Of a stretch of 64,000 nucleotides of DNA, positions 28,561 through 36,159 are shown in pieces (the stretch's first letter is position 1; each line of letters begins with the position of its first letter). The notes under the pieces are model-generated. The model did no database searches and was not told the origin of the DNA. It was given only the letters and a program-made list of their open reading frames with translations. A program made the position numbers and the translations under genes. Source of the DNA: Microgenomates group bacterium Gr01-1014_5 (GTDB taxonomy: Bacteria > Patescibacteriota > Microgenomatia > UBA8517 > UBA10165); contig VMGE01000001.1 in assembly GCA_007376395.1 (NCBI GenBank), positions 89,635-153,634 on the forward strand, read 5' to 3'.

Positions 28561-29160
28561 TTATTTCTTGATGCTAATATCAGCAGGATCAAACATTACT
28601 GTAGCCGGGAAAGGCTTTTCTCCTTTATCCATTTTATCCATAAACTTAACTCCTTTGTAACCTAGTTCGTTGAGAACTTTCTCAACCTCTGGCCAAAACT
28701 GATCCAATCTTTCTGTGTTTTGGTAGGCAAACACTCTCCTGATTGCTTCAAAGTAATGTTCTGCCAACTCAGCATGGCCATTCCTTTCAAGCCAGCCTGC
28801 TAAAGCAAAATTCTGATCTCCTTTTGGAACAGCAACACCATTAAGGATGCTCATTGCATAAGTGCTAGTATCCTCATTTGTGATATCTAAAACTTTAGCC
28901 TGTGGATTAATAGTTACTTCCAGTTGAGTTTGACCTATCCCGCTTTCTTCCGGTAATAACTCTGGCGTTTCTTTTAAAAATACTCCTCTAATTGGTCCTT
29001 CAACCCCATTATTTCCTCCTGCAGTTTTTTCTCTTGCAAAGCCACCTTGTATTATAGCTTCGACATTTTCTGGGGCTGTTTGATGATAATAAGTTCGTGT
29101 TACTTCTTGCTCTGGTGCAGTTAATACAACACCCATTTCTTGGAGACCAACGTCAGCCAT
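28561..29160 (-). CDS. Hypothetical protein with an ADP-ribosyltransferase-like motif pattern
   Basis: YYHQT...IIQGGF...GVFL...KVLDI...GYKGV...VMFDPADI. Confidence 0.55.
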   Translation of the reverse strand: MADVGLQEMGVVLTAPEQEVTRTYYHQTAPENVEAIIQGGFAREKTAGGNNGVEGPIRGVFLKETPELLPEESGIGQTQLEVTINPQAKVLDITNEDTSTYAMSILNGVAVPKGDQNFALAGWLERNGHAELAEHYFEAIRRVFAYQNTERLDQFWPEVEKVLNELGYKGVKFMDKMDKGEKPFPATVMFDPADISIKK

Positions 29161-29181
29161 GCTTTATTTATACCATAAATT

Positions 29182-29355
29182 TTAATCACTCTTTTTATCA
29201 AATGGTTCTTGTTTAGTACCTTCTTCTATTAGTTTGTTAAATACTTTCTTATTTGCTGTTTCTTTTTCTATTGTTTCGTGTAGTTTTTTGTCTTGTGGGT
29301 TTTTATTGTGACGTTTTTTTATTTCTTTTAATGTTAATGGTTTAAATCCTTTCAT
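29182..29355 (-). CDS. 57-aa Lys-rich small protein (not in the ORF track)
   Basis: MKGFKPLTLKEIKKRHNKNPQDKKLHETIEKETANKKVFNKLIEEGTKQEPFDKKSD*; starts 3 nt after the NYN stop. Confidence 0.65.
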   Translation of the reverse strand: MKGFKPLTLKEIKKRHNKNPQDKKLHETIEKETANKKVFNKLIEEGTKQEPFDKKSD

Positions 29356-29358
29356 AGT

Positions 29359-29892
29359 TTATTTACCAAATTTTAGAATCTGATTTTTCTTGAGTATTAA
29401 GTATGACGAGCCGTTTTTAGAAAGAGCTCGACTGATGAAATTCTCAAATCCGACATAGACAATTTTCTTGCCTTCATCTTTAGCAGTCTGGATTGCTGGG
29501 AGAAGATCGGTGTCTGAAGAAATAAGATAACAGATGTCATATTCATTTTTAATAGCACCTCTGACAATATCTACTGCAATTTGTACATCAACGCCTTTCT
29601 CATGAAATTTTCCATCTGACATTAATAAATACCCCAATTTGATTTCGATATCCTGATTTCTTAAATGGGTGAATAGTTTTTGTTGCCCAGCATACAAAGT
29701 TTCAGACTTTTTATTCCCATCAAATTGCCTAATTTCACCGGTATAATATACTACTTTGTTTGGTTTGGCCTTGGTAATTGATTTGACTAAGCCAATATAA
29801 TCAAAGGTTGTAAGGTGGAGATTCCGATCAATCCTCTTTACCTTATTGTAGAAATTGCTTCCATCGAATTGAACGAGGATTTTCTTACTCAC
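29359..29892 (-). CDS. NYN domain (LabA/DUF88, PIN-like) putative ribonuclease
   Basis: FDGSNF, EKGVDVQIAVD, LISSDTDLLPA acidic motifs. Confidence 0.92.
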   Translation of the reverse strand: MSKKILVQFDGSNFYNKVKRIDRNLHLTTFDYIGLVKSITKAKPNKVVYYTGEIRQFDGNKKSETLYAGQQKLFTHLRNQDIEIKLGYLLMSDGKFHEKGVDVQIAVDIVRGAIKNEYDICYLISSDTDLLPAIQTAKDEGKKIVYVGFENFISRALSKNGSSYLILKKNQILKFGK

Positions 29893-29925
29893 GCTTTTAT
29901 CTTAGGTTATCTGATAGTCTAAAGC

Positions 29926-29958
29926 AAAAAAAACCCCTAGCTCGAGTTGAACTAGGGG
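29926..29958 (-). terminator. Intrinsic terminator-like hairpin in the NYN leader
   Basis: Minus strand CCCCTAG-TTCAACTCGAG-CTAGGGG followed by T8. Confidence 0.7.
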
Positions 29959-29971
29959 GAATTAGGGTTTA

Positions 29972-30000
29972 ATAATACCAAAGATTATTCTAAAATGCAA
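29972..30000 (-). promoter_or_regulatory. Sigma70-like promoter for the NYN cassette
   Basis: Minus strand TTGCAT-17 nt-TATTAT. Confidence 0.6.
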
Positions 30001-30085
30001 GTACATGACGTGTGGTATAAGTGCCTCATTTGGTATAATAATAACGCGCCGTCCCGCTCAGCGGGACAATAGGCACGCAAAGAGT

Positions 30086-30158
30086 GCCGATGTAGCTCAG
30101 TTGGTAGAGCAGTCCCTTCGTAAGGGAAAGATCGGTGGTTCAAGTCCACTCATCGGCT
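30086..30158 (+). tRNA. tRNA-Thr(CGT)
   Basis: GCCGATG...GTCCC TT CGT AA GGGAA...GGTGG TTCAAGT CCACT CATCGGC T. Confidence 0.95.
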
Positions 30159-30164
30159 CAAAAC

Positions 30165-30872
30165 ATGATATCTCGACACGCAAGAATACAAGACAAAAAA
30201 GCCACCCGCAGTGGAGTACTTTTGCTTTTTCTCTCGCTTCTTTTACTCGGAGGATTGCTAGTTTTCGGTATTCCCGCTCTGGCTAAATTCGCAGGACTCG
30301 TGGTAAACCTCCAGGGGAGCCAACCTATTGAAAGCGAGGATAAAAACACCCCTGCTCCGCCGGTTTTTTACACCACAGTTCCGAGTAGCGTAAAAGAAGA
30401 AATACTCAAACTTGAAGGCATGGCAGAAGGAGGATCTACTGTATTTGTTTATCTAAACGATGAGAAAGTTAAAGAGTTTGTGGTACCTAATAGCGGTAAT
30501 TTTGACGTTAAACTAACACTGGCCGAGGGCGAAAATCTTATCTGGGCCGTAACCCGAGATCTAGCCGAAAATAAGAGCGGGGAGTCAGGAAGAATTAAGG
30601 TTTCTTATGACAGTCAGGCTCCAATCCTTGAAATTACAGAGCCGGCAGACGCTACCGCTTTTTCAGGTAGCGAAAAATCAATCACAGTCCGCGGAATAAC
30701 AGAAAAAGGTGCCAGGGTTACAGTCAATGACCGCCTGGCTATTGTTTCTCCAGAAGGCGCGTTTTCGCAAAAGGTAACTCTTACAGAGGGCGAGAATATA
30801 ATTTTAGTTACTGTAGTCGACGAAGGAGAGAATGAAACAGAAAAAACGCTGAAGGTGATATACCAGCCTTAA
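30165..30872 (+). CDS. Membrane-anchored protein with two Ig-like domains
   Basis: TM helix, then repeated beta-rich units (L.EGEN.I...D.A.N). Confidence 0.8.
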   Translation: MISRHARIQDKKATRSGVLLLFLSLLLLGGLLVFGIPALAKFAGLVVNLQGSQPIESEDKNTPAPPVFYTTVPSSVKEEILKLEGMAEGGSTVFVYLNDEKVKEFVVPNSGNFDVKLTLAEGENLIWAVTRDLAENKSGESGRIKVSYDSQAPILEITEPADATAFSGSEKSITVRGITEKGARVTVNDRLAIVSPEGAFSQKVTLTEGENIILVTVVDEGENETEKTLKVIYQP

Positions 30873-32011
30873 TCTTGGGAGGCTAGTAAAATCAATAACC
30901 ACCCTAAAACCCAGGGATAAAACAGAGAGTTGTCAAAAAACGAATGTACCCCAACTGCCCCTACGCTTGCTAAAAGCGCTATTCCAGTATGGGTTTTTCT
31001 TTTTAGCCAAGCGTCTTGGGTAATTTTTAGCGCAAGCTGTAAAAAGACCAGAAATCCTGCAATACCGGTAGTCGCCAAGACCAAAAGCAAACTGGAGTCT
31101 GCTCCGCTTGCTCCGTGCGATTGTTGATCATTCTGCGTGTATCGATAAAGGTTGTATCCAACCCCAAAGACAGGGTTTTCACCTATTACCTCAAGTGCTC
31201 TTTTATAATTATTAACTCTATAGGTAATCGTAGAAGTACGGACAAGATTAACACTCTCTCCCTCAGACTTTGGTAAAAGAGGGATAAGGACAGCTAGAGC
31301 CAAGACCACTCCTGTGAACCACAAGAGTTTGCGTCGCACAATATAAAAGACAAGAGAGGCTGTAAAATACGCTAAATAACTCGCCCGTGAGTAAGTCAAG
31401 GCAAGAGCTACTAACCCGAAAGGGAAAAGTGGAAATTTTCCCTCTACTCTCCCCCATATCCGTGAAAAAAGTATGACCGTGAAAAGAACAATTAAAATGC
31501 CGGCAAATCCTGTATCTAAAAATGTTCCTGCTAAACGAAAAGTGTGCGGATCCCAACCAAATTCAGATAAGAAACCCAGATCAGGGAAAAATACGTACTG
31601 GACAAACCCAAATAAAACTACAAAAAATCCTACAGTCAGAAGAAGCCCTGGTACTTTTACCTGCCAGGAGCCATCGCGGAATAAATTCCATAGCGCGAGG
31701 TAAAAAAGGAAATAGGAGGAAAGACGTATAAAATAAAGGCTTCCTGATAAAAATTGTAATAAACTTACCGACGGAAAATTTATTACTAAAGAAAAAAGAG
31801 CAACTACTAAAAACATCACAAATTCCCGTGCGTAGGGAGGTGTTTTTAATTTTTTTCTCCACCATCCGTAAATCCCAGTTAGCGCAATTATTCCGACGAC
31901 TGCGTCTGCCAAATGCAATCTTACTTCAGGATTAAATTCAATTCTTCCAACCTGCCCAAAAGGAAAAAGAACGAGGTAAATGAAAAATAGTATTTTTAGA
32001 AAGGAGAACAT
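30869..32011 (-). CDS. O-antigen ligase-like polytopic membrane protein
   Basis: RLAGTFLD, LTYSRAS, PVFGVGYN, multiple TM helices. Confidence 0.82.
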   Translation of the reverse strand: MFSFLKILFFIYLVLFPFGQVGRIEFNPEVRLHLADAVVGIIALTGIYGWWRKKLKTPPYAREFVMFLVVALFSLVINFPSVSLLQFLSGSLYFIRLSSYFLFYLALWNLFRDGSWQVKVPGLLLTVGFFVVLFGFVQYVFFPDLGFLSEFGWDPHTFRLAGTFLDTGFAGILIVLFTVILFSRIWGRVEGKFPLFPFGLVALALTYSRASYLAYFTASLVFYIVRRKLLWFTGVVLALAVLIPLLPKSEGESVNLVRTSTITYRVNNYKRALEVIGENPVFGVGYNLYRYTQNDQQSHGASGADSSLLLVLATTGIAGFLVFLQLALKITQDAWLKRKTHTGIALLASVGAVGVHSFFDNSLFYPWVLGWLLILLASQD

Positions 32012-32034
32012 GTATTTAACTTATTACTTATTAT

Positions 32035-32784
32035 TTATACTTTTCTCTGTATCAGCCACAACTTGCTCCAGGCGAGATAGGAATGAAAACTCATAAGAAG
32101 AGCGACCACAAATCCTGAGGTACCGTCTAAAAAGCCAAACTTTAATACCCAATTTTGGATAAACTTTAATTTCGGCCACATCATAACTTTCAGAATGTTC
32201 GCACTTTTGCCTTCTTTGGCTAATTCTTGAGCGTGCAGGGTCGAATAGCGGTCAATATCGGAGATAAATTCACTTATTGTTTGATGCGGATAATGCATCA
32301 GTGGATTTTTTAACTCATCCGTCTCTCCGTGTCTCATTTTCCACTCCTCATGCACCGCCCTTTGCCATTTTCCCGAAGTTTTTTTTGCTAACCTTAAGAG
32401 CTTAATATTTCCCGACTCCCCATACTTCAATTCTCTCCCCCACATTACATCTTGACGCTTAATCAGATACCCAGTTATCAGATTGTCGGATTTTCGGGTA
32501 ACCAGAGTTATTTCCTCAGACAAAGCAGGCGTGACAATCTCGTCAGCATCTATAAACAGCACCCAATCCCCGCTTGCCTTAGCAAGCCCAAAGTTTCTTT
32601 GAGCCGCAAAGTTATTTTCTAACGAGCGCTTCCAAACAACTGCACCGTGTTTTTTGGCAATCTCGACCGTTAAATCTCGCGAATTATCGTCTATTACAAC
32701 AACTTCATCGCACCACATGAGGGATTGGAGGCATTGTGCAATATTTTTCTCTTCGTTTTTAGTTAATACTACGGCTGAAATCAT
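32035..32784 (-). CDS. Glycosyltransferase family 2
   Basis: TKNEE.NI, DDNS.D.T, FAAQRN, WVLFIDADE, VHE. Confidence 0.93.
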   Translation of the reverse strand: MISAVVLTKNEEKNIAQCLQSLMWCDEVVVIDDNSRDLTVEIAKKHGAVVWKRSLENNFAAQRNFGLAKASGDWVLFIDADEIVTPALSEEITLVTRKSDNLITGYLIKRQDVMWGRELKYGESGNIKLLRLAKKTSGKWQRAVHEEWKMRHGETDELKNPLMHYPHQTISEFISDIDRYSTLHAQELAKEGKSANILKVMMWPKLKFIQNWVLKFGFLDGTSGFVVALLMSFHSYLAWSKLWLIQRKV

Positions 32785-32790
32785 TTTGAG

Positions 32791-32862
32791 TGGACCCGAG
32801 AGGATTCGAACCTCTGACCTTTCGAATGTGAATCGAACGCTCTACCGCTGAGCCACGGATCC
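32791..32862 (-). tRNA. tRNA-Val(CAC)
   Basis: GGATCCGTGGCTCAGCGGTAGAGCGTTCGATTCACATTCGAAAGGTCAGAGGTTCGAATCCTCTCGGGTCCA. Confidence 0.95.
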
Positions 32863-32894
32863 AAGCTTGTATATTTTAGCATTATTTTGCGATA

Positions 32895-33485
32895 ATGGAA
32901 CCAATGTCCGAAACAGAGCCAAAATCAGGAAAGCTCTCCAGCTTCCTTCTTGATATTCTCCAAACCATCGTCTTAGCTTTGGCAATTTTTATGATTGCCT
33001 ATTTATTCTTGTTCCAGCCGCACCAGGTTAAAGGCCGTTCTATGGATCCTAATTTTTCCGACGGTGAGTATTTATTAACCGATAAACTTACCTACCGTTT
33101 TGGAGAGCCCAAACGGGGAGATGTGGTTGTTTTTGAAGCCCCTGTAAACCGCCGTGAAGATTACATCAAAAGAATTATTGCCCTCCCTGGAGAAAACGTC
33201 ATGGTCAAAGACGGAAAAGTTTTGATTAACGGACGCCCTTTGGACGAAGAATATATTCCTGAAACTTTCCGTACCAATCCCGGAGTATATTTAACCGATG
33301 GCTCAACTATCACTCTCCGTCCTGATGAATATATTGTTATGGGAGACAACAGAGACCATTCCTCAGATTCGCGCAGTTGGGGACCAGTGAAAAAAAGTGA
33401 TTTCGTGGGGCGTGCCTGGGTAATCTATTGGCCGCCAAATCTATGGGGTTTAGTCAAAGGGGAAAACTACAAACCTCTAAATTAA
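32895..33485 (+). CDS. lepB: Signal peptidase I
   Basis: GRSMDP, YIKRII, GDNRDHSSDSR. Confidence 0.97.
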   Translation: MEPMSETEPKSGKLSSFLLDILQTIVLALAIFMIAYLFLFQPHQVKGRSMDPNFSDGEYLLTDKLTYRFGEPKRGDVVVFEAPVNRREDYIKRIIALPGENVMVKDGKVLINGRPLDEEYIPETFRTNPGVYLTDGSTITLRPDEYIVMGDNRDHSSDSRSWGPVKKSDFVGRAWVIYWPPNLWGLVKGENYKPLN

Positions 33486-34340
33486 TTAGGCTGACGCGTG
33501 AAGAATACCCTGCCTGATTAATTGCAGTCTTTCGTCAGTTTCGTCTACTTTACCTTTTAGGATAATTAATACTCTCGTTTCTCTTTGCGAACGGATAACT
33601 TTAACTTGTGTCTTTTTCTGCGGATCCGGAGCCATTGAGGATAAAGCCTGGGTTAACTCTTCGGTCATACGGTCAATTTCTTCATTAATAATAATGGGGT
33701 GGTTTATGGGAACATCTGGTTTTTCTTTCTGACCAGAAGCGCTTTTCATCCGGCGCGCCAAATCTTCTGCCCGGCGTACCGAGCCCGACTCGCGCAAAAT
33801 GATTTTATATGCCTCGATCATTAATTGCTGGTCATCTATGGCGGATAATGCCCTTGCGTGTCCTTCGGTAATCAAGCCTGACAAAAGTCCGTCTTTTAGG
33901 GCGTCCGGTAAGCGTAATAATCTTAGGGTGTTGGAAACATAAGAAGTACTTTTACCTACCCTCTGGGAAATATCGGCATTGGTAAGGGCAAATTCCTCGA
34001 TTAAGCGAATGAAACCCATGGCGCGGTCAAGCGCGTTAAGGTCAACACGCTGAACATTCTCAACCAAAGCAAGTTCTAACATTCCACGGGGAGTAGTTTC
34101 TTTAATAATAGCCGGGACTGTGACTAGTCCTGCGTGACGGGAAGCCCTCCACCTACGCTCGCCGGCAATAATTTGATAACCTGCGGGTGTTTTTGCAACT
34201 ACTAAAGGCTCGAGAATGCCGTGTTCTTTAATAGAATCGATCAGATCAACTAAAGATTCAGGGGTAATGACGCCGCGGGGCTGAAGAGGGTTTGCTTGTA
34301 ACTCGTCTATTGGTATTTGGATGATTTGCGGATCAGTCAT
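33486..34340 (-). CDS. parB: ParB/Spo0J partition protein
   Basis: NPLQPR, IIAGERRWRA, ENVQR.DLN, EGHARAL. Confidence 0.96.
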   Translation of the reverse strand: MTDPQIIQIPIDELQANPLQPRGVITPESLVDLIDSIKEHGILEPLVVAKTPAGYQIIAGERRWRASRHAGLVTVPAIIKETTPRGMLELALVENVQRVDLNALDRAMGFIRLIEEFALTNADISQRVGKSTSYVSNTLRLLRLPDALKDGLLSGLITEGHARALSAIDDQQLMIEAYKIILRESGSVRRAEDLARRMKSASGQKEKPDVPINHPIIINEEIDRMTEELTQALSSMAPDPQKKTQVKVIRSQRETRVLIILKGKVDETDERLQLIRQGILHASA

Positions 34341-34345
34341 AATAA

Positions 34346-34594
34346 TTAGACTTGAATACTGACGTACGACTTACCTTCTTTTTTACTAAAACCTACCTTA
34401 CCGCTTTTTAAAGCAAACAGGGTGTGGTCGCGCCCAACTTTAACATTAGGTCCTGCAGAAAACACCGTACCCCTTTGACGGACAAGAATTTCACCCGGAA
34501 CAACCTTTTGACCCCCGGAAATCTTAACGCCCAAGCGCTTTCCATCTGGTCTTTTATGTTGTCTGACTGAACCGCCTTGTTTTTTGTGTGCCAT
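34346..34594 (-). CDS. rpmA: 50S ribosomal protein L27
   Basis: [28 protein letters not shown]. Confidence 0.98.
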   Translation of the reverse strand: MAHKKQGGSVRQHKRPDGKRLGVKISGGQKVVPGEILVRQRGTVFSAGPNVKVGRDHTLFALKSGKVGFSKKEGKSYVSIQV

Positions 34595-34707
34595 CTCGTT
34601 GTTTAAACCCTCGATATAAACTTACATTATTATTTCACGACTGTCAAGACATTAGTAAGATATATACACATATAGTTTGATATATTCCAGGAAGCTTTTT
34701 AAGAGAC

Positions 34708-34795
34708 TATGAACCTGTTTGAAACAGGTTCTCTCAACTCACCTTACACAAGTTAGCGAAGCTAACGCGCGAGTTATGAAACGAGTTTTATTTTG
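34708..34795. mobile_element. Structured repeat family B, copy 1 (MITE-like), overlapping the rplU 3' end
   Basis: Homologous to 54650-54738. Confidence 0.6.
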
Positions 34796-35088
34796 GTTAT
34801 CTTAATTTTAGTTTGAGAAGCGCGGAAGCCGCGGACTTTTCGGTAACGTGATTTTGCTTTGTATTTCAAAACTCTGATTTTCTCGCCTTTTAAGTTTTCT
34901 AAGACTTCAGCTTCAACTTTTGCTCCCGAGACCTCAGGGGAACCAACTTCTGCTTTATCGCCATCAACAACCAAAAGAACTTTGTCAAAAACGGTTTTTC
35001 CGTCTGCCTCGAGGCGGTCTACAATCAGCTCTTGTCCTTCTTCAATTTTATACTGCTTACCTGCAATATCAACAACAGCGTATTTCAT
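34774..35088 (-). CDS. rplU: 50S ribosomal protein L21
   Basis: YAVV..AGKQYK, KGEKIRV.KYK.K. Confidence 0.98.
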   Translation of the reverse strand: MKYAVVDIAGKQYKIEEGQELIVDRLEADGKTVFDKVLLVVDGDKAEVGSPEVSGAKVEAEVLENLKGEKIRVLKYKAKSRYRKVRGFRASQTKIKITKIKLVS

Positions 35089-35103
35089 GAGTGTTATTAT
35101 ATC

Positions 35104-36159
35104 TTATCTCGTGCCTGTGCGCAAACCACGGGTGAATGATGTGGCTATCCCCAAAGTTATAGCCATAGCCAAAAGAGAAGATCCTCCCGAGGAAACAAAC
35201 GGCAAAGGAATGCCTGTGATTGGCAAAATGCCCAAATTCATGCCGATATTGACCGCCGCTTGAACGAAAACCATCAAAAAAACACCGCCTAAAAATGCAC
35301 GCGAAAAGACGTCATCCGAATTAATAAAAATCGCGCACAAGCGGGCGAATAGCGCAATGAATAAAATTACTACTAACCCGGCACCCAAAAAGCCTAACTC
35401 CTCACCAATTGAAGAAAAGATAAAATCCGTATGGCGCTCGGGAAGAAACAAGAGTTGCGATTGTGTCCCCTGCCCTAACCCGCGTCCTAAAAATCCGCCG
35501 GAACCGATAGCAATAATCGCTTGAATTGAATTATATCCTGCACCCAAAGGGTCGGCTGAAGGCTGGATAAAGGTCATAATTCTTTCTTTTTGATAGTCTT
35601 CTAAAAAACGCCAAACAAGTGGCAAACCAAGAGCGAAGGTGAACAAAGAACCAAAAATTATTTTCCAAGATATTCCACCGAAAAACACGGCACCTAAAAT
35701 TCCTGCTAAAACAACCAGCGAAGAACCCAAATCAGGTTGAACGAAAACAAGTATAAACGGTAGAAAACCTGCTACAGCCGCGAGTAGAAATATTTTTCTG
35801 GATTCCAAGGAGGTGGATAATATCCAGGCAATAAACAAAACAACAAACGGTTTAATGATTTCAGACGTTTGTAGGGTAAAGTTTCCAATTTCTATCCAGC
35901 GCACTGCTCCGCGGGTAAAAGTCCCGAGGATTAAGGTTAATAAAAGTAAGACTAAAGACAATACATAAAACAAAGGCGCAAGTGTTTTGTAAACTGTAAA
36001 ATCAATTTTTGCGAAAATTAGGTATGAGATCAGAGCCAATGCTATAAAAAAGTATTGCGAGGGGTATGAGGCAGGAGAAACACTAGATAAAATTAAACTG
36101 CCGATACTGGCAAGTAATACGGCAGGGAGAAAAAGTTTCCAATCAAGCGAGCTCAACAT
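35104..36159 (-). CDS. rodA: Rod shape-determining protein RodA (SEDS family)
   Basis: GAVRWI, QPDLG, AIGSGG, LPERHTDFIF, PITGIPLPFVS.GGSS. Confidence 0.93.
   Translation of the reverse strand: MLSSLDWKLFLPAVLLASIGSLILSSVSPASYPSQYFFIALALISYLIFAKIDFTVYKTLAPLFYVLSLVLLLLTLILGTFTRGAVRWIEIGNFTLQTSEIIKPFVVLFIAWILSTSLESRKIFLLAAVAGFLPFILVFVQPDLGSSLVVLAGILGAVFFGGISWKIIFGSLFTFALGLPLVWRFLEDYQKERIMTFIQPSADPLGAGYNSIQAIIAIGSGGFLGRGLGQGTQSQLLFLPERHTDFIFSSIGEELGFLGAGLVVILFIALFARLCAIFINSDDVFSRAFLGGVFLMVFVQAAVNIGMNLGILPITGIPLPFVSSGGSSLLAMAITLGIATSFTRGLRTGTR

Larger units (their letters stand above)
27950..30025 (+). mobile_element. IS1595-family element with passenger genes
   Basis: Imperfect TIRs at 27950-27974 and 30002-30025 sharing TTATnCC...ACGTCATGTA; flanking direct repeat TCATTTG(A/G); transposase fragment at the left end. 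Confidence 0.75.

Noticed and set aside
34595-34773. Missing prp (ysxB) gene between rplU and rpmA
   Set aside because: L27 starts directly at MAHKK with no N-terminal extension, so no Prp protease is expected. The gap holds repeat B.
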